From assembly GCA_903813345.2 (NCBI GenBank), contig CAIIXF020000001.1, positions 42,470,001-42,534,000 on the forward strand: a DNA stretch of 64,000 bases, read 5' to 3'. Positions 40,034 through 51,900 of this stretch are shown in pieces. The translations under genes and the position numbers were made by a program. This stretch comes from Owenia fusiformis (lineage: Eukaryota). The notes beneath the pieces are model-generated. The model ran no database searches, was not told the origin of the DNA, and saw nothing but the letters and a program-made list of their open reading frames with translations. The number at the start of each line of letters is the position of its first letter. Within the stretch, counting starts at the first letter, position 1.

Positions 40034-40469
40034 ATCCTATGGTTTTGAAAAAATATCATTTATATCCATGAGTGGATATTGATATCTTTACGAGTGAGCG
40101 CAGCGAATGAGTGAAGATATTGATATCCATGAGTGGATATAATTGATATTTTTTCAAAACCATAGGATTGTCCGTTTATCCCATGTGAAATCTTAACCCA
40201 GCGAAAAAAAAATTTTTAAAAAGATTTCGAAAAAAGTTTTTGAAAAAAAATTTGAAGGAAAAAAATTTTGAAAATTTTTTTTGAAGGAAAACATTTTTGA
40301 AAAAAAAATTTGAAGGAAAAAATCTAAAAAAAAATTTTAGAAAAAAAAATTTACAAAAATTACTGAAAAAATCTAAACCCTAAACCATCGAATATCACTT
40401 TTGAAACCATCGAATATCACTTTTTGAGAAGTGATATTCGATGGTTTGAGAAGTGATATTCGATGGTTT
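40034..40469. repeat. Double-palindrome repeat (probable non-autonomous element)
   Basis: A hairpin at 40034-40168 centred on GAGTGAGCGCAGCGAATGAGTG, then an A/T tract array at 40200-40375, then a second palindrome of tandem AAACCATCGAATATCACTT units at 40382-40469. Confidence 0.7.
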
Positions 40470-41010
40470 GGGGATTTTTTGCTAAAATATGATATCTTGA
40501 TCTACATATCAAATATATCTTCACCTGATATTCGATATATATCCTTGTAACCATTGGATAATCGAAAATATCGATTTTCTTCAAATACATATCGATATAC
40601 TTTTATGCTATCGAGATTATCGAACGGATCACCAATCGAAAGGCTTGTATGTAGATTATCGAAAATATCGAAAATATCGAATTGCCAAGAACCTGGAAAA
40701 ACCTCTGAGTTGAGTGAATCAGCCATGCATTGTGCCTTCGGTTAAATCCTTTTCACATACTGCAAAATATTTTATCACGCCTAACCATCGATAAAGTACA
40801 GTGACAAAACACGCCGTCGTACACTTTAGATGTACGGTGTCACTATTAACTGATTTGAAGCAAAGACAATGATGTAGGTTTGATGTAGGTTTTAAAAAAA
40901 TATCTGAGGAATACATTAAGGATTTCATGTTTGATTTCGTGTGTATTCGTTTAGAAAGACATTTAACTTTCTAATAACACGTCAAAAGATTTTCGAACAG
41001 CGGTCGATTA

Positions 41011-41120
41011 TTTTCGTGGTCAACGTGGTGGTCTACCCATATAATTGGATCGGTCGGAAAATGTAAAATAAAGCCACATTTTCCAACCGACCAATTTAAT
41101 GGGTAGACTGACCACGAAAA
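41011..41120. repeat. ~110-bp imperfect hairpin
   Basis: TTTTCGTGGTCA...GTCTACCCAT...GGAAAATGT / ACATTTTCC...ATGGGTAGAC.TGACCACGAAAA. Confidence 0.7.
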
Positions 41121-41889
41121 AAATAGATTTTTACTCAACTATTCAAAAACTGTCAAAATACTCGTAGATTACAATCACAAGAAAAAACATTTGTTTACCT
41201 TCTGTCCATGTGCAGTTAAACTTTTAAACAGATTATGACATTGATGAAACATTTGTTTGATTATTGAACAATGATTATATATTTGCTAGGTTACCATTGC
41301 TTTTCACATGTATCAAGGCAGGATCAGAGATACATTATATGGGATGGCTGGAATTCTGAAATAAAAACAAAGAGCGCTCAATAATTTGTTAACATAATTT
41401 TAGCACGCATTAATGTTTCCATTTATCCTACACAACATCCCATACATTATTATGGTATAATTGTCTAAGTTTTTATTTTAAATGCATAATCTAAAATCTG
41501 TGAATGTTAACTCTAACAAAATCAACACGGAAATTAGTTCCTTATCGCAAATGAATGTTTTTTTATCAATTCATTATTGCTGGTTAATCTCTATGATAAA
41601 TGCATTTTGTGATTAAAACTTGTTTATTGTTATGTATCAATATGCACGCCATAAGTGTAGTACTAATAAGGACCAAAAGTATTTTATTGGAATATTAAAT
41701 ATTACAACCGGCAATCAAAAGGAAGCAACCCCCAGTATCCCAAACAATGATCTAATGTAAAGCCTTAACACAAACAAAATCACCAGACCAGCACAACTAC
41801 GACCTATTTGAACTGAAAAACGTCTTTCCTGTTAATCTGAGTATTGTTCTTGTTTTTGATTTGGTAAAAACCTCCGTGGTCTCCTAAAA

Positions 41890-42105
41890 CCGAAAAGTGG
41901 GCCCAAATTTTGAAAATTTGAGGCCCATTTTCTTCAAAAATTTGGCCTGATATTAAAAATAAGGCCTTAAGGCCTAGAAATGACCAAAAGGCCCACTTTT
42001 TGAGGCCTTAAGGCCTTTTTTAGCTCAAAATATTTTTGGACTCAATTTTTTTTTCTCTGGGCCCAACTTAGGGCCATGGGCCAGCCACCCCCCCCCCCCC
42101 CCCCT
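41890..42105. mobile_element. Copy of the GGCCC-rich MITE family
   Basis: Aligns with 25960-26150 (TTGAGGCCCATTTTCTTCAAAA.TTTGGCCT...GGGCCCA...poly-C). Confidence 0.7.
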
Positions 42106-42699
42106 AAGTTACTAATAAGCCAAATGGATTGCTTATGAACACCAAATGCGAGGTATTGTAGTGTGTACTTATTCCTATATTTATTTATGCTGCATAATTG
42201 TGAAGCTACTGCCACCTGCATACGGTTGCCGCAGATAAGGATGGAATCATGCATTGGCAAAATTGTTTTCGAATGATAAACTGTTGACCCTAGTCGACAC
42301 TCGATCTTCATTTTATATATTTTAGATCTAGTAACTATGCAGTCGCTACTGACTTTTATTTTAAGCTGACTGTTGTCTTGGCAATTATTGAAAACATGCG
42401 CATAGTCAATAGTATAGTATATGAATGTTGACCCAAGTTAATTATAAGCTGCCCATCACTGGGGGTAGTAATGGGTGACACTCAGATATAATGTATACTG
42501 TGTCTCATAAGTCGGCACCGGCTGGTGATGTTACAAAATGTTGTTTTTATTATGTATTTTATATGTATATTGTAATATCAGTGACACAAAAATAAACTAA
42601 AATAAAATAGATATCCAAGTGCTAATGACTATTTAAATAAATCCAGTATTTCTTACTTTTGATCCTGCATTCTCGAATATATATTTAATCAATACCTTT

Positions 42700-43223
42700 C
42701 ACAAAGGAATACCCTGATAACGGTAAAGTCAGATACCGTTGTCATAAATGGCAGACATCACCGTCGCTTCAACTCTTTATCACTTGGTCCTCGTTTCATA
42801 GGACTTTATCGTCGCCAATTCTGTGTATGTATTAAGCTCTTGTAATGATATATTATATAAAAACTCAATTTCTATCAAATGGGGTCGTGAATCGCCACAA
42901 TATAGTGTCTTCGATATCGTCAATGACAACGGAATCTGAATTTGAAATACTTTACAAAGACAACGGCATATGATAAGATGTGACAACGGACTATATGTGG
43001 ATGTATTACATTGGAACATAGGAAAATGACAACGGTAAATAGACACTTTAGTTACCGTTATCTTTACATATACCGTCAAATATTTCAGTATGAAAAACAC
43101 TTTGAGTACCAAAGGAATTTTATCTAGTCGCTCTATTAAACATGTACAGTTCAAGAAAACGGGTATGTCCGCCATTTGTGACAACAGTATCTGACTTTAC
43201 CGTTGTTGTGGTATTCCGGTGTG
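42700..43223. mobile_element. MITE with CAC...GTG termini and ~60-bp TIR
   Basis: CACAAAGGAATACC...AACGGTAAAGTCAGATAC.GTTGTCA.AAATGGC.GACAT is inverted at 43165-43223. Internal GACAACGG motifs. The TSD is imperfect (CTTT/GTTT). Confidence 0.8.
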
Positions 43224-46128
43224 GTTTGACTTTGCTACGGGGTCAAGGGGAACAACAGTCTTCGCAGATATATCTTTGACCATCTTTATAATATCTATTG
43301 CGAAATTCTCTCTAATAATAGCCAATCTTGATAATTTTAGAAAGAATATCATATCACCCATACAGCTATAATCAATAATGTTTTTTATTTAATTGTTGCA
43401 TTTGATATTACTAATTAACAAATGTAGATCCGGTTTCTTTTGACTTTATTTTGTTTCCGTAAAGTGAAAATATTAATGTCTCATACAATAGCTAATGAAA
43501 ATACTGAATTATCGTAAGTCAAATGTAACAAAAACAAACCATTTTATCAATACAGAAGTTACTAACGTAAATGCTGAAATCTTCAAACAATTGCTGACGT
43601 GTTTTCTGTAGGGATGACGATTATTTGGATTTGATAGAAAAACAACCATTTACATCAATAGCCCAAAGGTTAATTTTTGATACTGTTGGAGAACTTCGGA
43701 GAGAAATATCTTGATTTAGAATAAATGTAATTTGTACTGTGGGGAACAGAATGTAATAACACAACTTCTGTTTGCAAGTCGTGTGATGCAGAACCAATAT
43801 CACACTTTGACGCCATCCATAGCACACGCGTTGACGCTTTAGTCCGCACTTTCTGTCGAAAACTATCTTATAAAGGTATACCCCCATACACCATAAGAGA
43901 GGATATTAATGGTTTTTAATAAAGAAATTACTTGTTATTATGATCGACTGATATATGTTTTAGTGACTTTTGTAATGTGCGAGTTAGAAGTTTGTATTTT
44001 AGAACATCATTTTTTTTCTTAATAAAAAATATATTTATAAGACAACAGTCTTAAAAAAATAATAAAAAATAAATAAAAAAAGAATAAAAAATAAAATCAA
44101 TGTATTTATAAGAAGCATACATGTGTTTGCAGGCGTATAATCCATAGATAAAATGTGCATTTATCAATAATACTTCATAACATATAGATATGATAAATAT
44201 ATTTAAATTGGTAATAAGTAATTTCTTAACCACAAAGCAATAATTGCACAATTTTACAATTAGCCAACAGGTATCGTATCTCTATTGTAGTGATAATTCT
44301 AAATGCAAGTAATCACAGATGATTCCATCGCAATAGGGTACAGATCAATCAAGTCTTCATAAAATAATAGCGATGGGAATTGAAAAATCAATGTATATTT
44401 TTATCGGGTTAAGTGCCATTTAAATAGTCGGATACAAATATAACGATTCTTTAGTGATCAGACAATCAGTGGAACATAAGCTGCTGCCTTGGCCAAGCCA
44501 GTAGCTATAGTTACCACATCAAAAGTCAGTAGTTATAGTAACCAATCCCGAAGACTCATTTGGATGTAACTTTTAGATAGACAATGTATATCTTTAATAG
44601 GAAAACAATAGTAAGTAATTAATCTTATTTAACATGTATATATTATATATATATTCATATATGTCTGTTTATAATTTAAATATGCTACTTAATGCATTAA
44701 TGTCTCATGAATGGTATCATTTTGCTAATATATAATAATGACATTATGGGACATAAACAAACATGAAAAGCCACTTCGATAATAGACTGTGCACTGTTAC
44801 GACGTGACGCTTATTTTGAAAATTCTTTTACAGAGATTTCGACAATCTAAATATATTTACAATTGTAGTCTCATAACGTAGTACACTTTTATTTTATGGC
44901 TCAACATGCCTGATGGAAGTACAAACGATTATGTAAAACCAAAACTTACAAAAACCTATACCAAAAGGAAGTTTAATGCACCTATATGTTGACACATACG
45001 AGTAAGCAACAATGGAGAGGTTTCTTAACTGAAAGTGAAATTTCTTTTTAAAAAGGTCGTTGGACCGGTGTGAAAGAAATTATGGTCCCTGGGGATTATG
45101 GTCCCCTTTCTTAAAGGCCCTTACTGGCCCTGATTGTGGATACGATAATAAGGGAAAGAGTTGTATTTAGGTCACCATATAAATCAATGGAAAGTAGGAC
45201 CATAATTTGATAGGACCTCCTACCCTTTTACACCTGGGTTTTCCTAGGTTATACAAGGTGGCACAATATAATTGCAATCCCTATTTTGGAATAGGTTGAT
45301 CAATGATTATTTAAGTGCCAAATGGTAGTAGTAGTAGTATTAGCCTGTTGTAGGAGGACACGCTGCAATTACAAACTCATTGTTTTTATTGGATGACTTC
45401 AGTGATTGCTTCCTATGTGAGCAAAACAACCCTACAGTGTAGGTCAGATATACAGAGTTCATCTGTCAAAATAAAAATCTAAACAAAAGGAGATATAATT
45501 AATCTGCATTGTGTAAGTGAGGTCCCTGTCATGAACTTTTTTATATTGTATGTGCATGTATTATTCCTTAATTATGTCCATATCAAAAATTCTTTTTCCA
45601 TATTTATTGATAATGTTTGTCAGTTTATTGGTAATGGTAACTAAATATACCATTTTATTTTCTTCGGTTATGAATCTGAACGGATATTCAGTCAATATAA
45701 TGATAATTGAACTACTTTATAGGCATTATATGACAGAAAATACTTTTATCTTAAGTTCATTTTTGTACCTGGATAATTCTGTTGTCTGTGTTAGTACAGT
45801 GTCTGATGTCAGTAATATACACTACTAATGGTGTAATAAAGTCAGCTATTATCTATTTATGGCCATCCATAATTCAACAAGAATTCAAATCCACTTTTCA
45901 TAAATTATCATATTTCATATTATAATTTCTTAAATAATCTATGAAAAAGATACCCCGAGGAGTGTATATCTCATGATTTTTTATATTTAATTACCATTCA
46001 TTTTGACAGATCGTGTGTTTATCACATGACTGTGACCATTGCCTCTTTAAAAGTATTTTATTGAAATTGAATCGAGCACTGATGGATGTTACTTTTATGT
46101 TTAAAGCAATCGATTAAAGTACAACATA

Positions 46129-48615
46129 CACGCTGTTATAGCATGACGGTTACGTCAACAAGGCGATTTGCAAAATTTTGCGGTAACGATAACAAAAAAT
46201 GCCGGATTTGAAAAACAGCATGTCCTCTTTCTCGCCTGTAGGCAAGTTTCACAGATCAAATTTCCTTGTAAACTAGTTCCATTCGGTGACGTATATATGG
46301 ATGGTTATAATGACTGCCAAAGACAGGTGGTCCACAAGAAGTAGGATATAAGCTGTAAACCTACCGGCTGAGATATCCAAGTTCATAATTTTAAGTCAAT
46401 TTTCGTGTTTTCTCAGTATACGTGCCTCAGAGCCACTCAAAATATTAACTGTGTGTAGACCCTATAAACAAGCCATAAAATGACAAATCCAGAACAGGAA
46501 TGTGGTGTATATTATAAATAATAAGGTTTCAAACGCAAGGTCGTTAGACGACTACGTATGAATTGTATGATTTTTATGGACTGTAACGTATTGTATTAGT
46601 TGTGACGTGTCGCAAAAAGCTCGCGCACGCATTGTTACACATTTTGTGGCGTAATCCAGAGGATCCTCTCTTTTAACATGATAGAATGTGACGTTTTTGA
46701 GAAAAATGTACACACATGAAAATCCTTTCGTCCTCCACATTTACCTCTATATCTCAAAACATTTTAGACGAATAACTCTGATATCATATATATATTGTTA
46801 ATGGGCTAGGAGCATCATAAAACACGAATCAATTGATATTTTAAGTGAAATAAATATACGTGTTGCTGTGCTTGAAAATAGGCGAATGGCGTAAATTAGC
46901 CCTATTTTAATGAATTTTGAAAACCTTTCGTCCTCCACTTTTCCACATACAACAGAAAACACAAAAAATAGTCCACTTCTAATACACATACACACATTTA
47001 TATATTTTAACAAATACTTTCTCATACTCAGCCAGAATACAGACTGTTCACTCGCATTTCCATCTACATACACATTTCATATACATATTCCATATACATA
47101 CTCCATATACACATTCTCATATACATATTTCAAATACACATTCTCACATTCATATTCCATTTACACATTCTCATATACATATTTCATAATACACATTCTC
47201 ATATTCATATTCCATACTTTTGTGAACAAAATCAACTATTTATTAATAAACTAGAGTTTAGGAGCAAAATAATCATGTATGATTTATTAAAAATTGATCT
47301 CGTATTTTTTGTTTAATGTACACCTGAAAAGTTGAAGGTACCAAAAAATGAGCAAAAAAGGTCGCTGTCAACAGATTCTATTTTTTCAGACTCTATGACG
47401 TCACAATATGGGACGCTTACTAAAATTCATCCTTTGAAATAAAACTTCCATCTACCTTTATCAAGACGAAAAATAAGTATAATAGTCATATATTGTTTGA
47501 GTTATGAGCGTTTAAAGACGAAAAATAATTCAAAATGTAACGTGTCAACATGGGATATTTGCCAGATGTTTTGGTAAAAAACTCTTTTTTAAAAACGAAC
47601 GCGCAAGAAATGTGAACGGAGTGTAGTTGATCTAAAATCTTCATCGAAACAGCTTTAAAATGATACATAACTTTAATTATAATTTTATCTTATAATCCGG
47701 AGAATCAAAGTTACATTCACGCGATACCCTTAAAAAACAAATGCGCCACCTTTTTGCGACACGTCTGTACATTAGATATTTAGCGGACAGTTACGTGCAT
47801 ATACATCTGTCAAGTCAAAGTTGCTAGATCTGATAGCCTCTTTCCATTTTATTGTTATGATGGGTAAGAAATGGAATATCGAATTACTTGTTTTCAGGAC
47901 ACGCAAGAGACGCTCTTATTTGAGCCTCTATAGGGCAAGGAAAAAACAAAAGTGGCTTGCTTTATTGATGAAACAAATGAAAGTGAAAAAGATAGCAATG
48001 AAGAGGCAAAAGAAGAGTTGGCATTAAGTACTGATGAAGATGACAAAATTAATAACAATGAATCGGGGTTTCATATTTGAACGAGGTTCACGTAACCGTC
48101 CATCAATTTCTTGCGTTAACGCAAATCCAAAATACATTATTATGGCTTGAGTAGAACATATTAGGTGGATTTCTAATGCTAAATTGGCTTTGTATGATCG
48201 TATGTCGGTTACATCTATATACCCCATGATTGTTAGGTAATTTAGACCAAAACCTAGAGACAAAAATTACAAATTACAAAATGATAAAAGCGTGAGCATT
48301 AAAATGTTTATAATTATGTAGTCATATTGTAGGTGATCAGAATTTCGATTTTTGAGGCTTGCAAAGGTAGGTTTAAAATGGTGACAACGGGTTTCAATCT
48401 GTTGTAATGACACTTTGAATACACAGGCAAAAGTCAGGCATATTAGTAACTGGCTATTTGATATCTATTCGTTCATTGATACACAGTAGTAGAAAATAAT
48501 ACACCAGCCTAAAATTTCTGTTGGCTATTTTATTGGATAAATCAGTAAACGTAGCAGTCCAACCTCGTTTTTAGAGGTGGTGTAACCGTCATAACGTAAC
48601 CGCTATAACAGCGTG
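46129..48615. mobile_element. Non-autonomous DNA transposon with CAC...GTG ends and 5-bp TSD (Transib-like signature)
   Basis: ACATA-CACGCTGTTATAGC...GCTATAACAGCGTG-ACATA. The shared inner block ATGACGGTTAC occurs at both ends. Confidence 0.75.
46604..47765. mobile_element. Non-autonomous element with 16-bp TIR GACGTGTCGCAAAAAG and 3-bp TSD (copy 1, nested)
   Basis: TGT-GACGTGTCGCAAAAAG...CTTTTTGCGACACGTC-TGT. It is nearly identical to the inverted copy at 58051-63086, but has an extra ~250-bp CATATACATATT-rich tract at ~46963-47212. Confidence 0.92.
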
Positions 48616-48929
48616 ACATACGTTTTTATCATTTCTTTCTTTCAGTATAGTTTAATCTGCATACAGAAAGTATTGACAATTCGCCGAAAGGGCGTTTTGA
48701 ATAACCGACCCCTGCCGGTCTTTCGTCCTGTTGGTTCCTGTCGTGAATAGTCCGAGACACGACATTTTTATTTATTCCATAATCAGTTATAATTGTTCAA
48801 TAACGTTACCTACCAAAAGGGACCCTAGGCGGGGGATATGTTTTAAAAAGTTTAAAATTGAGCAGGGGAATGTTTTACTTTGAGAGGACCGACTGATTTT
48901 ATATGCCTATTTTAAATCATCTTTTGCAG

Positions 48930-51900
48930 TGTATGTTAGCAGCTTTTACAGTAACAACCGTGATTATAACAACCACAACAGATGGCGCTAACATAAACTT
49001 GACAGAGACCAAATCAGATGATAGTAAGGTATACTTGTTGATATATGTACATTGACTTAGCTCTAATAATACAGTGAACGCCCCCTCCATTAAATGCGTT
49101 TGATAGTTTGATTTGACGTCCTAATATTCTTCCATATGAAGCATACAATCTGTCGTTTTATCTATTTTCCAAGTCTGAAGGGGACGTTGCACATATATTA
49201 GCAAAACGCCGAAACGGAAACTACCAACGAATCACGAAGCTGAATGATATATACCAACGATTATCATACATTAAAGCTAAATTAACAGCAGGTTATGATA
49301 AGAAACTTGAGAAGGAATCAAGAAAACTTCAAAAGAAAATATCAAAATATCAGGTAATATCCATTAACTCAATTCTATCTAGAAATTTTAAGCAAATTCG
49401 AATTCTTATCTATTGTATTGTCTTATACAAGTAAATGCATGTACAGTGTATATACGCCTGTTTTGATTTCCTCTTTATACTTAAAATGTATCCTGATCTA
49501 AGGTCTATTGGCAACCTAGTCTTTCATTGGATGTTTTATCCATGGTATCGTTCGATGTTTATATCTGTTTCATTATTTTATTAATGAATTCTCGCACTTT
49601 CAACCTTTGCACTTTATATTTTCTATGCAAGGTCTCCCGTCACTAGATGAAATAGACCATGATGGTTTAGTATTATAGGTACACAGTTTGTCAGGATGCC
49701 TATACAGCACTTGGAACTATCCCCTGGATTAGTCTCCCGATGCGAGATATATAACATTGGCCAAGAAATAATCCCAGTATCATTTAACCACTACAGGATA
49801 GACATATCCATAGCTATATCCTCCTCGCTGATGAATACATGTATACAAATCAACCAAGTATAGAATAGATATGCATTGGGACTTAAAAATATTACCGAGC
49901 GTATACTTCCTTTGCCTCTCTGCCTTAATTACTACCTCGGATTATCACCCTGTATTTATTTCTTCTTATTTGCATACTTGCACAGAGAAAACTGAAGAAA
50001 GGTACTAGTGATGGTATTAGCTTCTACATTGGCAAAGATGATCCTCTTGATGACGAATTGACTCTCGCTTCTCTCTCTACTTTCTCTTTTCCTCCCAAAG
50101 TAAGTTAGACTGAAGCAATATTACAAGAAATAAGTAACGTATATATAGGGTGTCTCAAAAAAATGTACCCAAAAGTATATCAACACCACAGACAAACCAA
50201 TCAATATTTTCAGACATTTTTTGCATGGTCGTGTAGATAAAAGATGAAAGTTTTTTCCCCCATGCACAGTTTTTAATTCAGTTTTGCCTTTTTGATACTT
50301 TAACCCGTTACCTTTTACACCACATATTCAATGTAACCTCATATTTCGATGACAGTCTGCATCCTTACTACTACATTGTTCATCACATTTTATATTTCTG
50401 GTGGAATGTTTTGATTTCTGTTTGGATGCTGGTCTTAAGTTGTTATGGGTCTCTTAGCCTGGGTTTAGCATAAAAATGGTCCTTCAAATAGCCTCAGAGA
50501 AAAAAGTATGGGCCGTCAAATATGGGCAATAGGGAGGCCCTCACAATGTCTTATAGCCCCCTTATACAGAGAGGTCAGAGGTTCAAGAAACTGCATTGGC
50601 TGGGATTCTAGTGTAGCTTTTGTTGTGTGGATCAATTTGAGACCACTGTGTTTTCATTTGGATATCATTTGGTCTCCAGGCTAGCCTGCCTAACTCTGGA
50701 AGGCAACTCCTGAATCATTTGCCGATAATTGACCTGATTATCCGTGTTTGTTCTGCCATCGTCATCCTCAAACATCTTTCTCTGTGGCTATCTGAAGGAG
50801 TCTTTAAATGCTCATTCCAAGCAAAAAGACCTAGAACAGCTTAAGGGCAACATCCAAAGAGAAATCCAAAACATTCCACCGGCATTATTATCAAATGTGA
50901 TGAACAATGTAGCAGTAAGGATACAGGCTGTCATCGGAATATGAGGTTACATCGATAATGTGGTATAAAAGGTAAATGGTTAAAGCATCAAAAAGACAAG
51001 ACTGAAATAAAAATGGTGTATTGAGGAGAAAACTTTCATGTTTTGGCTACATGACCATGCAAAAAATGTCTGAAAATATTGATTGGTTTATCTGTGCTCT
51101 TGATATACTTTTGGGTACATTTTTTTGAGACACCCGATATATGCTTCTTTGATTCAGAGTAAAATTAAAATACACGTACTTTTAACTTTATGCATGTGCA
51201 TGCAACAGCCTAGAATTTTAACTCCTAGATCTACATTTTATGTTTTTATATCCTCCATCTTAAAGATTAGCCTGTATTTAACTATTTGTTGGCGTACTTG
51301 CACAGACCAAACCCAACCAAAGCCCACGCGCTTACGGTGATGACACTAGCTTCTACACTGGCAAAGATGGTACTTTCGCTGACGATTTACCCCCCTCCTC
51401 TCTCTCTACTTTCTTCTTTCCTCCCAAAGTAAGTTGGCCTGTTCGGCAATGTGGGTGCACCATAAAAATACAAAGATAGAGTTAGACTTGCTTGATAGAT
51501 TTATTGTACTGTACGTACGATTTAATACACATGTTTTTATTTTCTGCATGTTCTGTCTTAGTGTATAATCTTTCTTCCGATTATTTACAATTTATTGATT
51601 TGTAGTACAAATGTAGGGTTGGCCAGAAATGACCACATTTTTATTTCTAAATATTTTTAAAACTATAGGTTATCAAAAATGTTCTAGAAAAATAAAAACG
51701 TGGACGTTTCTCGAGCCTACTCAGCAGAATTTCAAATTGTTACTGAACAGAAAACAATCTATATATTTTAGAAACAACAGAACTGGAAACTCAACATTTG
51801 CTTTCAAATAGATCAGCAAGTTGTAAGTATATCAATAATTTTTCTATAAATAAGTTATATTATCATAGAATGTTGTCAGCACCATCTGTTATATGCAATG

